Below, in pieces: positions 20,498 to 31,052 of a stretch of DNA of 64,000 nucleotides (position 1 is its first letter; every line of letters begins with the position of its first letter). The notes beneath the pieces are model-generated. The model was not told the DNA's origin. It searched no databases and was given only the letters and a program-made list of their open reading frames with translations. The translations under genes and the position numbers were made by a program. Origin of the DNA: Flaviramulus sp. (GTDB taxonomy: Bacteria; Bacteroidota; Bacteroidia; Flavobacteriales; Flavobacteriaceae); contig JANQTJ010000037.1 in NCBI GenBank assembly GCA_030731745.1, positions 77,685 to 141,684 on the forward strand. The letters run 5' to 3'.

Positions 20498-21199
20498 ATG
20501 ATAAATAAAAAAGTTCATAATGTTCAAGAAGCTTTAAAAGGCGTTACTAACCATATGACTTTGATGCTTGGTGGTTTTGGTCTGAGTGGGATTCCTGAAA
20601 ACGCTATTGCAGAATTAGTTAAACTTGGGTTAAATGGTTTAACTTGTATTTCTAATAATGCAGGTGTTGATGACTTTGGATTAGGTTTATTATTACAAAA
20701 AAAACAGATAAAGAAAATGATATCTTCTTATGTAGGGGAAAATGATGAGTTTGAGCGCCAAATGCTTTCTGGAGAATTAGATGTTGAATTAATTCCTCAG
20801 GGCACATTATCTGAACGTTGTAGAGCTGCTCAAGCAGGATTTCCAGCAATATATACACCAGCAGGTTATGGAACTGAAGTAGCAGATGGTAAAGAAACAA
20901 GAGAATTTGATGGAAAAATGTACGTTTTAGAACACGCTTTTAAAGCTGATTTTGCTTTTGTTAAAGCATGGAAAGGAGATGAATCTGGGAATTTAATTTT
21001 TAAAGGAACCGCAAGAAATTTTAACCCTAATATGTGTGGAGCTGCTAAAATCACAGTTGTCGAAGTAGAAGAATTATTGCCAGTAGGTTCTTTAGATCCT
21101 AACCAGATTCATGTTCCAGGGATTTTTGTCCAACGTATTTTTCAAGGTGACAAATACGAGAAACGTATAGAGCAACGAACAGTAAGACAAAGAATTTAA
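20498..21199 (+). CDS. scoA: 3-oxoacid CoA-transferase subunit A
   Basis: 233 aa of the CoA-transferase family I alpha type ('[13 protein letters not shown]'). The gene is paired with the beta subunit. Confidence 0.85.
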   Translation: MINKKVHNVQEALKGVTNHMTLMLGGFGLSGIPENAIAELVKLGLNGLTCISNNAGVDDFGLGLLLQKKQIKKMISSYVGENDEFERQMLSGELDVELIPQGTLSERCRAAQAGFPAIYTPAGYGTEVADGKETREFDGKMYVLEHAFKADFAFVKAWKGDESGNLIFKGTARNFNPNMCGAAKITVVEVEELLPVGSLDPNQIHVPGIFVQRIFQGDKYEKRIEQRTVRQRI

Positions 21200-21202
21200 G
21201 TA

Positions 21203-21856
21203 ATGTTAGATAAAACAGGTATTGCAAAACGTATTGCAAAAGAAGTTAAAGATGGCTATTATGTTAATTTAGGAATAGGGATTCCAACTTTAGTTGCCAA
21301 TTACGTAAGAGAAGATATAGAGGTTGAGTTTCAGAGTGAAAACGGGGTTTTAGGTATGGGACCTTTTCCTTTTGAAGGAGAAGAAGATGCTGATGTGATC
21401 AATGCAGGTAAACAAACCATAACAACCTTACCAGGAGCAAGTTTTTTTGACTCTGCTATGAGTTTTTCAATGATTAGAGGTAAACATGTAGATTTAACTA
21501 TTTTAGGAGCTATGGAAGTAGCAGAAAATGGTGATATTGCTAACTGGAAAATTCCTGGAAAAATGGTTAAAGGTATGGGAGGTGCTATGGATTTAGTAGC
21601 TAGCGCAGAGAATATTATTGTTGCTATGATGCATACCAATAAAGTAGGTGAGTCTAAAATTTTAAAGAAATGTACATTACCATTAACTGGAGTTGGTTGT
21701 GTTAAAAAAATAGTAACAAATCTGGCAGTTCTTGAGGTAACAGATTATGGATTTAAACTTTTAGAACGTGCTCCAGGGATATCAGTTGAAGATATAAAAA
21801 ATGCTACTGAAGGAGATTTAATTATTGAAGGCATTATTCCAGAAATGGTTTTTTGA
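21203..21856 (+). CDS. scoB: 3-oxoacid CoA-transferase subunit B
   Basis: 217 aa with the active-site region 'QSENGVLGMGP'. Confidence 0.85.
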   Translation: MLDKTGIAKRIAKEVKDGYYVNLGIGIPTLVANYVREDIEVEFQSENGVLGMGPFPFEGEEDADVINAGKQTITTLPGASFFDSAMSFSMIRGKHVDLTILGAMEVAENGDIANWKIPGKMVKGMGGAMDLVASAENIIVAMMHTNKVGESKILKKCTLPLTGVGCVKKIVTNLAVLEVTDYGFKLLERAPGISVEDIKNATEGDLIIEGIIPEMVF

Positions 21857-22034
21857 GAGTAAAAATCTCAATTAGATAGGTATAATATACGATTAAATGT
21901 TAAATTAAAATGCATTTTATCGATTTTTTATGTTTTTAAACTGATTTATTGAAATATAAGTAATACATTAGTAGTGCCCAAATAAACCAATATTAATTAT
22001 AGATTCCCCCAAATCTACCATAAACTTTAAACTT

Positions 22035-22163
22035 ATGAATATTGCAACAAATCTACCTGAACTACCTACAAATGATGAAAGCAAATTCAAAGAAACAGTA
22101 AAAGAGAATTTGCAGTTTGTAAAGAGTTTGTTTTATTTGACTAAAAAAATATTTATGCTGTAA
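22035..22163 (+). CDS. Possible 42-aa small ORF (MNIATNLPELPTNDESKFKETVKENLQFVKSLFYLTKKIFML)
   Basis: An ATG-to-TAA ORF in the scoB/ABC gap, followed by a plus-strand terminator. I saw no promoter motif. Confidence 0.2.
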   Translation: MNIATNLPELPTNDESKFKETVKENLQFVKSLFYLTKKIFML

Positions 22164-22192
22164 TTTAATTTTACATAAAATTTAAAGAATTT

Positions 22193-22221
22193 AATCCCGA
22201 AAAAATTTCGGGATTTTTTTT
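22193..22221 (+). terminator. Plus-strand intrinsic terminator
   Basis: AATCCCGAAA-AAA-TTTCGGGATT followed by about 8 T. Confidence 0.7.
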
Positions 22222-22236
22222 GTAGAAAATTAAAAG

Positions 22237-23916
22237 TTATAATCCTTTGGGAATAGCTTTAATTAATTTTTTTGTGTACTCCTTTTTAGGGTTTTTGTAA
22301 ATAATATCTGCATCGTCAATTTCTTCAATTTTACCTTTATTCATTACCAATAATTGGTCACTCATGTACTTCACTACCGCTAAGTCGTGAGAAATAAAGA
22401 TATAAGTAAAACCATAATCCTCTTTTAATTCATTAAGTAAATTTAAAACCTGTGCTTGAACTGATATATCTAATGCTGAAACAGACTCGTCACAAACTAT
22501 CAATTTAGGGTGTAAAGCGATTGTTCTTGCTATACCAATACGTTGCCTTTGGCCTCCAGAAAATTCGTGTGGGTATCGGTTAAAATAATCTTTATTTAAA
22601 CCAACTTTATTTAAAAGTTCTATTGTTTTTTCTTTTCGTTCTTTATTAGAATTATAGAGTTTATGAACTTTCATGGGTTCCATTATAGCTTCTCCAACAG
22701 GAATTCTTGGATTTAGTGAAGCATAGGGATCTTGAAAAATAATTTGAATTTCTTTTCTCAGTCTTTTTAATTCTGAATTTGTAAGTTTTGTAATATCTTT
22801 CCCTTTATAAATAATTTTTCCAGCTGTTGCTTTATCTAACTGAAGAATGGCATTTCCAAGGGTGCTTTTTCCACAGCCAGATTCTCCAACTAAACCTAAA
22901 GTTTCACCTTCGTATAATTTAAAACTTACATTATTTACTGCTCTAAATTTTGATAGTTTACTGAACCATCCACTTTGTGAAATGTATTCTTTTTCAACAT
23001 TTATTATTTCAAGTAATGGTGGATTACTGTATAATTTTTCGTGTTTTTGTTTACGCTCTACAGAAGTTATGATGGTTTTGTTTGCTGTATTATTTAAATA
23101 ATCTTGAATCGTTGGTAATACTTTTAATCTAGTTTCTAATGATGGCCTTGAGTTTATTAATGCTTTTGTATAAAGATGCTGAGGCGTTTTAAATATGGTA
23201 TTTGTATTTCCTTTTTCAACAATTTCTCCTTTATACATAACTAAAATAGTGTCAGCAATTTCTGAAATTAAAGATAAATCATGGGTTATAAAAATAACAC
23301 TCATTTGAGTTTCAACTTGTAAAGATTTAATAAGTTTTACAATCTCTTTTTGAACCGTAACATCTAAGGCTGTAGTTGGTTCGTCTGCTATTAAAATATC
23401 TGGTTTACAAGCAATAGCCATTGCAATCATAACCCGTTGTTTTTGTCCACCAGAAATTTCATGTGGATACGCATTATAAACACGCTCAGGATTTGGAAGT
23501 TTTACTTTTTCAAAAAGCAAAAGCGTTTCTTTTTCTGTTACTTTTTTAGATAGATTCGTATGTTGTAAAAGAATTTCCTGAACTTGTTTTCCGCAGGTCA
23601 TTGATGGGTTTAAAGAACTCATAGGTTCTTGAAAAATCATTGCAATTTTTTTGCCTCGAATAGTTTGTAACGCTTTAGATGACAGTGTTGTTAAATCTTG
23701 TTTATTATAGATAATTGAACCAGAATTTATTTTAGATTTCTTTGGAGGAAGCAAACCCAAAATAGCTAATGATGAAACTGATTTACCCGAACCTGATTCT
23801 CCTACAATTCCTAAAATTTCATTTTTATTAAGTTTATATGAGATGTTATGAACAACCTCATTATTACCAAATGAAACAGATAGATTTTCTATTTTAAGAA
23901 TGGGATTTTTCACCAT
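22237..23916 (-). CDS. Fused double ABC ATPase of the Opp/Dpp (peptide/nickel) type
   Basis: Has two Walker A motifs ('GESGSGKS', 'GESGCGKS'), two signature motifs ('SGGQKQR', 'SGGQRQR') and two Walker B motifs. It has no TM domain. Confidence 0.9.
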   Translation of the reverse strand: MVKNPILKIENLSVSFGNNEVVHNISYKLNKNEILGIVGESGSGKSVSSLAILGLLPPKKSKINSGSIIYNKQDLTTLSSKALQTIRGKKIAMIFQEPMSSLNPSMTCGKQVQEILLQHTNLSKKVTEKETLLLFEKVKLPNPERVYNAYPHEISGGQKQRVMIAMAIACKPDILIADEPTTALDVTVQKEIVKLIKSLQVETQMSVIFITHDLSLISEIADTILVMYKGEIVEKGNTNTIFKTPQHLYTKALINSRPSLETRLKVLPTIQDYLNNTANKTIITSVERKQKHEKLYSNPPLLEIINVEKEYISQSGWFSKLSKFRAVNNVSFKLYEGETLGLVGESGCGKSTLGNAILQLDKATAGKIIYKGKDITKLTNSELKRLRKEIQIIFQDPYASLNPRIPVGEAIMEPMKVHKLYNSNKERKEKTIELLNKVGLNKDYFNRYPHEFSGGQRQRIGIARTIALHPKLIVCDESVSALDISVQAQVLNLLNELKEDYGFTYIFISHDLAVVKYMSDQLLVMNKGKIEEIDDADIIYKNPKKEYTKKLIKAIPKGL

Positions 23917-24630
23917 TTAAATATGAATAATTTCATCGTTATTTAAAATGTTATCACCTCGTAATCTTAAAAATATTTGAGCTACTGCTATGGTATCTTT
24001 TTCGCAATAAGTTATAATTCTATCAATTTCATTTTCTTCATAATAAACACGATAAACTTCACTCCCATCAATATCATCTTTAGGAGAAGGAATACCTAAT
24101 ACATTAGTTAATAATTTCAAAGATGTGTAGGTTTTATAATCACCAAATTTCCATAAATCTAAAGTATCTAAATGAGGTACTTCCCATGGTTTTTTCCCAA
24201 AAAGATTAAGTTTGTATGGTAACTCGATATTATTGATTATCATGCGTCTTGCTATATAAGGGAAGTCAAATTCTTTCCCATTATGAGCACAAAGCAAATG
24301 TTTTGTTTCGCTAAAATGAGAGATAATTAGATTTTTAAAATTTTTTAAAATTTTAATTTCATCGCCATAAAAAGAAGTCACCCGGAATTTTCTTAGATCA
24401 CCTTGTATATTAAAATAACCTACTGAAATGCAAACTATTTTACCAAACTCTGCCCAAATACCAGCATGGTCATAAAATTCTTCTGCTGTTAATTCATCTT
24501 TTCGTTGATATTGAGATTTATGTTCCCAAAGCACTTGTTTAGTTTCATCTAAATCAGAAAAATATTGAGTTTCTGGAACGGTTTCAATATCCAAGAATAA
24601 TATAGTTTCTAAGTTTAGTTTTGAAATCAT
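23917..24630 (-). CDS. DEDD-type 3'-5' exonuclease (RNase H-like, PolB-exonuclease-related)
   Basis: 237 aa with the Exo I motif 'FLDIETV'. It is contiguous with the ABC gene and overlaps the upstream gene by 4 nt. Confidence 0.7.
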   Translation of the reverse strand: MISKLNLETILFLDIETVPETQYFSDLDETKQVLWEHKSQYQRKDELTAEEFYDHAGIWAEFGKIVCISVGYFNIQGDLRKFRVTSFYGDEIKILKNFKNLIISHFSETKHLLCAHNGKEFDFPYIARRMIINNIELPYKLNLFGKKPWEVPHLDTLDLWKFGDYKTYTSLKLLTNVLGIPSPKDDIDGSEVYRVYYEENEIDRIITYCEKDTIAVAQIFLRLRGDNILNNDEIIHI

Positions 24631-25778
24631 TTTTCTAGCATTTTATAGGCCTCATCAATATAGGTAGATATGTCTGGCGTAAAAGTTGCAATTGCATCTC
24701 CAGGACCTTTGTTATGACCAAGTCTTACAATAATAACATTATCATTTGGTTCAACAATTACATATTGTCCCAAATGACCTCGCATCATAAAAAAGTCTTT
24801 ACCATTTTGTTGTTTAAGCCACCATCCGTAACCATATTCAGGGCTTTCAGGAAACCTTGGTTTTAAAGATTTAGCTACAAAAGCAGAATCTAATATTTGT
24901 TTACCATGCCATTTACCATGGTCTTTATAAAGTTTACCAAAACGCGCAAAATCTTTAGCGTTACTTGCTATACAGCAATAGGCTTTTACCAAATCATGTG
25001 CTTCACTATCCACTTGCCAAAGCGTTGGGTTTTCACATCCTAAAGGTTTCCAAAACGATTCGGTTAAATAATCATACATTTTTTTCCCAGTAGCTTTTTC
25101 AATAACCATGGAGAGCATTTGAGTATCGCCACTGGCATATTTAAATTTTTTACCAGGCTCTTCAACAACTTTTAAACCCAGCATAACTTTTTCTAAATCA
25201 TCATCAAAATAGGCACGAGTAGTGATTGAAAACGGCGAATAATATTTTTCGTCCCAATTGGTGCCAGAACTCATACTTGATAAATCACCTATAGTCATTT
25301 TACTTCCTAAATCTTCACTAAAAGTTGGTAAAAAATCACTCACCGGTTGGTCTAAACTTTTAATATATCCTTCTTGAATGGCTTTTCCCATTAGCCCAGA
25401 AACATAGCTTTTAGCCATAGAAAAGGAGTTGGATTGAGAGTTTTCTCCAAATCCGTCATAATATTTTTCAAACCAAATGCTATCGTTTTTTATAATAACA
25501 TAAGCAATAGTTCCGTTAGATTTATTAATATCCTTAAGTGTTTCAGTCTCCTCTACTGAATTATATGAATCGTGATTAGGCCATGGCTCAGGTGTTCCAT
25601 TTTCAATAGCAGCATTATCAAATTTCTTATAGTCTTCTAAATAAGCAGTTGTATATCCTTGAAGGTAAATGGTTCTTACAGCTTTAATCAGGTAGTCCGT
25701 ATCTGTTATGTATAATAGGATTATTAATAAACCGAAAACGATTAAAACCCATTTAAACAGTTTTTTTAAAAATTTCAT
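24627..25778 (-). CDS. Beta-lactamase-family serine hydrolase, membrane-anchored or secreted
   Basis: Has an N-terminal TM/signal segment and the SxxK motif 'SMAK'. Length is 383 aa. Confidence 0.75.
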   Translation of the reverse strand: MKFLKKLFKWVLIVFGLLIILLYITDTDYLIKAVRTIYLQGYTTAYLEDYKKFDNAAIENGTPEPWPNHDSYNSVEETETLKDINKSNGTIAYVIIKNDSIWFEKYYDGFGENSQSNSFSMAKSYVSGLMGKAIQEGYIKSLDQPVSDFLPTFSEDLGSKMTIGDLSSMSSGTNWDEKYYSPFSITTRAYFDDDLEKVMLGLKVVEEPGKKFKYASGDTQMLSMVIEKATGKKMYDYLTESFWKPLGCENPTLWQVDSEAHDLVKAYCCIASNAKDFARFGKLYKDHGKWHGKQILDSAFVAKSLKPRFPESPEYGYGWWLKQQNGKDFFMMRGHLGQYVIVEPNDNVIIVRLGHNKGPGDAIATFTPDISTYIDEAYKMLEK

Positions 25779-25830
25779 GGTAAAAAGTTTAGTTTAATTA
25801 AATATAGGAATTTTTTTATATTTTTCAATT

Positions 25831-26328
25831 CTAAAACAACGTTTGTTGTTTGTAAGGACTTTCATGATCTAATAACCATTTTTTGCGATGCAAACCTCCT
25901 GCATATCCGGTTAAACTCGCATCATTCCCTATAACACGATGGCATGGTACTATAATCCAAATAGGATTTTTGCCATTAGCACTAGCCACTGCTCTTATGG
26001 CTTTAATGTTACCTAATTGTTTTGATAAATCTAAATAAGAAACTGTTTTTCCATATGGAATTTTTTCTAATTCTTTCCACAATTTTTTTTGAAAATCTGT
26101 TCCTTGAGGATTTAATTTAAGGTCGAATTTTGTGCGATTACCTTCAAAATATTCGTTAAGTTGAATCACACAATCTTCAAGTTCAACCGGAATAATGTCT
26201 GTTATTTTTTCAATTGATTTTTCTTCAGAGCATTTGATGTCATTTAACACAGTTACTGCTGCAATACCATCTTCGTCACCAACAATTTTTGTAAATCCTA
26301 ATGGTGAATTGATGATACAGGTTTCCAT
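25831..26328 (-). CDS. ogt: Methylated-DNA--protein-cysteine methyltransferase
   Basis: Has the active site 'PCHRVIG' and is 165 aa. Confidence 0.9.
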   Translation of the reverse strand: METCIINSPLGFTKIVGDEDGIAAVTVLNDIKCSEEKSIEKITDIIPVELEDCVIQLNEYFEGNRTKFDLKLNPQGTDFQKKLWKELEKIPYGKTVSYLDLSKQLGNIKAIRAVASANGKNPIWIIVPCHRVIGNDASLTGYAGGLHRKKWLLDHESPYKQQTLF

Positions 26329-27413
26329 TAGTTTTCTAGCGTATTATTTTCAATAATACCAAGCTTTTTAGCACGAGATTCCCAGCTTTTTCTCGCAAGC
26401 AGTTGAAGGTCTGAAACATTATCACTTTCATCCATTATCTCCATGCCCAAAAGGGTTTCAATAACATCCTCCATACTTACTAAACCGCTCACACTTCCAT
26501 ACTCATCTACTACTAATGCCATATGGTTTCTAGATTCCACTAGCTGCTCAAAAAGACTTGGAATTGGTAATTCTCTATCAACAATGATAATATTTCGTTT
26601 TAAATCATTTAATTTTTTATGACCATTATCAAGCGCCATTTCTTTAAAAATTTCATCTTTTAAAACCAATCCTTTTATGTTATCGGGTGTGTCTTCAAAA
26701 ATGGGAATTCTAGAAAAACGGAGGTTTAAATTGCGTTTGAAAAAATCTTCAACAGTGGTGTTTTGGTCTTCAATTAGCATCACCGTTCTTGGTGTCATCA
26801 CATCTTTTGCAAATACTTCTTTAAAGTTTAATAAGTTTTTAATAATCTTACTTTCATTTTCTTGAAAAACACCTTCTTTATGTGCCATATCGGTCATAAC
26901 GATAAAACTCTCTCTGCTTAAAATACTACCATGACCTTTACCTCCAATTAATTTTGTAGTAAGTTGTAAAAGCCATAAAATACCCGTCCATTTTAAAGGA
27001 AAAATTAAAATAGTTAATCCTGTTGCTGTAAAGTTAGCAAGGTTTTTCCAGTAAGTAGCGCCTATTGTTTTAGGTATAATTTCTGATGCTACTAAAATTA
27101 AAAGTGTCATAATTGCCGATACGATACCAACTGTATTAATGCCAAAAAGTTCAATTTTATAAGGTAAACTTTCAGCTTCAATACCGACCATCATAGCGCC
27201 TAAAGTATGGGCAATGGTGTTAAGTGTTAAAATGGCAATTAATGGTTTATCTACATCTTTTTTTAGTGTTTCTAAAGTTAAGGCATAGTCTTTACCTTCT
27301 TGTTTTTTTAGGTTTATAAACGTTGGTGTGACGCTTAATAAAACAGCTTCGAGAATAGAACATAAAAAGGAAAAGAAAATAGAAATGGTTGCCCAAAAAA
27401 TTAATGTGCTCAT
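26328..27413 (-). CDS. CNNM/DUF21 plus CBS-pair membrane protein (hemolysin/CorB-like)
   Basis: Has four N-terminal TM helices followed by a CBS pair. There is no CorC C-terminal domain. Confidence 0.8.
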   Translation of the reverse strand: MSTLIFWATISIFFSFLCSILEAVLLSVTPTFINLKKQEGKDYALTLETLKKDVDKPLIAILTLNTIAHTLGAMMVGIEAESLPYKIELFGINTVGIVSAIMTLLILVASEIIPKTIGATYWKNLANFTATGLTILIFPLKWTGILWLLQLTTKLIGGKGHGSILSRESFIVMTDMAHKEGVFQENESKIIKNLLNFKEVFAKDVMTPRTVMLIEDQNTTVEDFFKRNLNLRFSRIPIFEDTPDNIKGLVLKDEIFKEMALDNGHKKLNDLKRNIIIVDRELPIPSLFEQLVESRNHMALVVDEYGSVSGLVSMEDVIETLLGMEIMDESDNVSDLQLLARKSWESRAKKLGIIENNTLEN

Positions 27414-27436
27414 TAAAAATGAATTTAAAAGTGAAA

Positions 27437-28426
27437 TTACGAAATTAATTTTACAACATCCTTAGCGAAATAACTAGCAATGATATCTGCTCCAGCACGT
27501 TTAATGGCTGTAACTTGTTCCATCATTACGGCGTCATGTTCTAGCCAACCTTTTTCAGCGGCTGCTTTTAGCATGGCATATTCGCCAGATACTTGATAAA
27601 CTGCAACAGGAACATCTACCGCATTTTTAATTTCTCGTACAATATCTAAATAGCATAAACCAGGTTTTACCATCACAATATCAGCACCTTCATCGATATC
27701 CATTTGAGTTTCTTTAATGGCTTCAAAACGGTTAGCATAATCCATTTGATATGTTTTTTTGTCTTTGGGAATATCAATTAAATTTACAGGAGCAGAATCT
27801 AACGCATTACGAAAAGGCCCATAAAATGCCGATGCATATTTAGCAGAATAGCTCATAATGCCGGTGTTGATAAAGCCTTCATGTTCTAAAGCCTCGCGAA
27901 TGGTTAGAATACGACCATCCATCATATCACTAGGCGCTACAAAATTGGCGCCAGCTTGAGCATGAGAAATACTCATTTCTGCTAAAATATCTGAAGTAAT
28001 ATCATTTGCTATTTGTCCGTTTTCAATGATGCCATCGTGTCCATAAGAAGAATAGGGATCTAATGCCACATCAGTCATAACTAGCATATCTGGGCAAGCG
28101 TTTTTTACCGTTTTAATAGCGCGTTGCATGAGTCCGTTTGGGTTTAAAGCTTCTTTTCCTTTATTGTCTTTTAGGTTATTTGGTACTTTTACGAAAAGTA
28201 ACACCGATTTTAAACCTAGTTTCCAAAGTTCTTTAACCTCTCCTTCTAATAAATCTAAGCTATAACGAAAGTAGTTAGGCATAGATGTAATTTCATCTTT
28301 TATACCTTTGCCTTCAACAACAAAAAGAGGGACTAAAAAATCATTTGGTGTTATGATAGTCTCGCGAACCAAAGAGCGAATAGCTTCATTAGTTCTCAAT
28401 CTTCTATTTCTTCTTAGTGGGTACAT
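27437..28426 (-). CDS. hemB: Porphobilinogen synthase
   Basis: 329 aa with 'MVKPGLCYLD' and 'YQVSGEYAM'. Confidence 0.95.
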   Translation of the reverse strand: MYPLRRNRRLRTNEAIRSLVRETIITPNDFLVPLFVVEGKGIKDEITSMPNYFRYSLDLLEGEVKELWKLGLKSVLLFVKVPNNLKDNKGKEALNPNGLMQRAIKTVKNACPDMLVMTDVALDPYSSYGHDGIIENGQIANDITSDILAEMSISHAQAGANFVAPSDMMDGRILTIREALEHEGFINTGIMSYSAKYASAFYGPFRNALDSAPVNLIDIPKDKKTYQMDYANRFEAIKETQMDIDEGADIVMVKPGLCYLDIVREIKNAVDVPVAVYQVSGEYAMLKAAAEKGWLEHDAVMMEQVTAIKRAGADIIASYFAKDVVKLIS

Positions 28427-28450
28427 ACTGATATATTTTTGTTTATATGC

Positions 28451-28837
28451 TTATTTACTTAATCCCAGATATTTCCAATTACTATCTTCTTTTATAAATG
28501 CTGATTTTTCATGAATTATCTCTACGTTTCCGCCCTCATAAAAATAAGCATTAAATGTTACAGTGCCTTCGGAATCGTTTAGAGTTCCTTTGGTAGTTTT
28601 TAGTATTTCTAATTTTATCCATTGCACAGATTTTGCCCATGAAACAATAGATTTTTTCTCTTTTAACGAGCGTGTTTTCGTATGATGGCTAGCCATTAAA
28701 TAATCGCCATTAGCTACTACAAAAGCACTATACCTAGAACGCATGAGTTGTTCAGCTGTTTTAGCTTCAGCTAAATTTTTATGTACTTTTTCGCAACAAT
28801 TGATAAAGGTTTTTAAACTTCCGCAGTAACAATTCAT
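28451..28837 (-). CDS. YchJ-family (UPF0225, SEC-C motif) protein
   Basis: The N-terminal 'CYCGSLKTFINCC' is a SEC-C-like Cys motif. Length is 128 aa. Confidence 0.75.
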   Translation of the reverse strand: MNCYCGSLKTFINCCEKVHKNLAEAKTAEQLMRSRYSAFVVANGDYLMASHHTKTRSLKEKKSIVSWAKSVQWIKLEILKTTKGTLNDSEGTVTFNAYFYEGGNVEIIHEKSAFIKEDSNWKYLGLSK

Positions 28838-28846
28838 ATTATTATT

Positions 28847-29749
28847 TTAAACCCAATCAACAGGATTTTTTAATACTTCGATTAGTTTTTCTTCTTCACT
28901 TCCTTCTTCGGGATGGTGGTCGTAAACCCACTGTACATGTGGTGGTAAACTCATTAAAATACTTTCTATACGACCATTTGTTTTTAAACCAAAAAGGGTG
29001 CCTTTATCGTGCACTAAATTAAATTCTACGTAGCGACCACGTCGGATTTCTTGCCAGTTTTGTTGTTCGTTTGTGTAGTCTAACTCTTTACGTTTTTCAA
29101 CAATAGGCACATAAGCCTCTAGGAAGCTATTTCCAACCTCGGTAACAAAGTTGAACCATCTATCCATGGTCATGGTTTCTGAAGCTTTACAATAATCAAA
29201 AAATAAACCGCCAACACCTCTGCCTTCATTTCTGTGGGTGTTATAAAAATACTCATCACAACGTTTTTTATAAGTTGGATAGAACTCTTTATTGTGCTTA
29301 TCGCAAGCCGTTTTACAAGTTTGATGAAAATGCTTTGCATCTTCTTCAAAAAGGTAATAAGGCGTTAAATCTTGTCCACCACCAAACCAACTATCTATAA
29401 TATTTCCGTTTTCATCGTACATTTCAAAATAGCGCCAATTAGCATGTACTGTAGGGACCATAGGGTTTTTAGGGTGAATTACTAAGCTTAAACCACAAGC
29501 AAAAAAATCGACATCACCAACCTTAAAATAAGCTTGCATCGATTTTGGTAATTTACCATGTACACCAGAAATATTAACACCTCCTTTTTCAAAAATATTC
29601 CCATTTTCTATCACTCGCGTTCTGCCTCCACCACCTTCTGGTCGTTCCCAAAGATCTTCTTTAAATTTTGCTTTACTATCTACAACTTCTAGTTTTGAAG
29701 TAATGGCGTCTTGTAATTCGTGTATATATTTAAAAAATTTATCTTTCAT
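28847..29749 (-). CDS. hemF: Oxygen-dependent coproporphyrinogen III oxidase
   Basis: Has the motif 'RRGRYVEFNLVHDKGTLFGL' and is 300 aa. Confidence 0.95.
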   Translation of the reverse strand: MKDKFFKYIHELQDAITSKLEVVDSKAKFKEDLWERPEGGGGRTRVIENGNIFEKGGVNISGVHGKLPKSMQAYFKVGDVDFFACGLSLVIHPKNPMVPTVHANWRYFEMYDENGNIIDSWFGGGQDLTPYYLFEEDAKHFHQTCKTACDKHNKEFYPTYKKRCDEYFYNTHRNEGRGVGGLFFDYCKASETMTMDRWFNFVTEVGNSFLEAYVPIVEKRKELDYTNEQQNWQEIRRGRYVEFNLVHDKGTLFGLKTNGRIESILMSLPPHVQWVYDHHPEEGSEEEKLIEVLKNPVDWV

Positions 29750-29750
29750 T

Positions 29751-30293
29751 TTATTTTATTTCATGATACAATTCATATAACTCCATATCTAAAGGCTTTT
29801 CTCCTGGTGGCGTATGTTCATTTTTAAGTGTTTTAATCCAATTGAAATTACAGTTTTCAGCAACTTTTACACTATGGATATTACTTTGGTGAACGATTAT
29901 TTGAAGAGTTTTTAAATTGAGATTTTTGAAAACATAATCCGATAAAACTTTTACGGCGTTTGTGGTAATGCCTTTACCCTCAAAAGGGTAACTGATACAA
30001 TAAGCCAATTCACCTTCCTTTTTTGTCCAATCTAACTTTTTTAAATAAATTAATCCAATGAGTTGATTCGTTTTTTGCTCTTTTATGATGAATAAAAATT
30101 CTTCTTTAAGATTGAACTCTTTTATCTTTTTTTGAGCAAAAATTTTAGCTAGTTCGGGTGTTAGGTTTTCTTTTAAAGTTAAAGGAAAAAAACGTTTTAA
30201 TCCGATTTCATTAGCATTAACAAAGTCGCAAATACTCCAAGCGTCTTCAATTTTAATAGGTTCTATTTTGTACGAATTAAAGTTAAGTTGCAT
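29751..30293 (-). CDS. GNAT family N-acetyltransferase (RimJ/RimL-like)
   Basis: 180 aa. The acetyl-CoA binding region is 'FEGKGITTNAVKV'. Confidence 0.7.
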   Translation of the reverse strand: MQLNFNSYKIEPIKIEDAWSICDFVNANEIGLKRFFPLTLKENLTPELAKIFAQKKIKEFNLKEEFLFIIKEQKTNQLIGLIYLKKLDWTKKEGELAYCISYPFEGKGITTNAVKVLSDYVFKNLNLKTLQIIVHQSNIHSVKVAENCNFNWIKTLKNEHTPPGEKPLDMELYELYHEIK

Positions 30294-31041
30294 GAGGTGA
30301 GTTTTTTTCTAATTGAAGCGCATCAACAGTTTTTAGTGTTGCAGCGGTTACTGAAAGTGGTAATACCAAAATAACACCAAAAACGGGGATAAACAAAAAG
30401 AGGATAAAAATAATACCGTTTCCAACAGCTAATCCGCGATGTTTTTTAACAAACAATACACTCTCTTTGTATTTAAAATGGCGCTCTAAAGTATAATCCA
30501 TATTACCAAAACCTGCATAGTATGCTTGCAATAAAAATAGTAATATGGTTGAAAAAATATTGATAACAGGAATTAATTTTAATAATAAAATAGGAAGTGT
30601 TAAAAGGAGCTCCATCAATAAATTTCTGCCATTCACTTTTAAACCGCGCCAAAGTTGTTCTAAAAAAGTAGTGTCTCTTATTGAATTTGCAGGAATACCC
30701 GTTAAATGTGCTTCAATTTTTTCTGAAACGGGACTCATAAATGGTGCCGATAGAGCCATTATGATATGTTTGTAAAGAATAAGACCAATTACGATAATGA
30801 TTAAACCTGAGATAATTTGAAATGTTGTTTTTAACAAGGAATAATTATTCCAACTAGGAAAAATACTTGTTATATAATTTACAATATTATCTGAAAATGC
30901 ATAGGCTGAAGCAAAAACAGAAACTGCTGTTAACAAACTAATTATCATTGGAATTACAAAATACTTCCAGAGTTTTAGTTTTGATATTAAACTAAAGGCT
31001 CCAAAATATGCTTTAATTCCTGAAATGATATTTTTAATCAT
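30283..31041 (-). CDS. EI24/CysZ-like integral membrane protein
   Basis: 252 aa with a multi-TM layout like the EI24/DUF540 family. It overlaps the GNAT gene by 11 nt. Confidence 0.6.
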   Translation of the reverse strand: MIKNIISGIKAYFGAFSLISKLKLWKYFVIPMIISLLTAVSVFASAYAFSDNIVNYITSIFPSWNNYSLLKTTFQIISGLIIIVIGLILYKHIIMALSAPFMSPVSEKIEAHLTGIPANSIRDTTFLEQLWRGLKVNGRNLLMELLLTLPILLLKLIPVINIFSTILLFLLQAYYAGFGNMDYTLERHFKYKESVLFVKKHRGLAVGNGIIFILFLFIPVFGVILVLPLSVTAATLKTVDALQLEKNSPHAT

Positions 31042-31052
31042 ATAGTTGCTTT

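Noticed and set aside
20652-21639. Several 60-100 aa antisense ORFs lie within scoA/scoB. Similar short shadow ORFs occur at 4008, 8748, 10121, 10778, 13284, 13695, 15235, 15931, 19748, 22847, 26677, 28308, 30545, 31279, 34463, 37023, 39084, 39511, 41728, 43200, 43782, 44291, 44712, 46351, 51380, 51764, 57710, 57913 and 59114.
   Set aside because: All overlap longer ORFs that carry diagnostic motifs, and none has recognisable domains, so I treat them as shadow ORFs.
22237-25778. The ABC ATPase plus nuclease pairing could be read as a phage-defence module (PARIS/OLD/Gabija-like).
   Set aside because: The ATPase has the compact tandem Opp/Dpp transporter layout with LSGGQ signatures, not the split coiled-coil ABC of defence ATPases. 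The nuclease is a DEDD exonuclease, not TOPRIM or PD-(D/E)xK. The flanking genes are housekeeping, with no island features.
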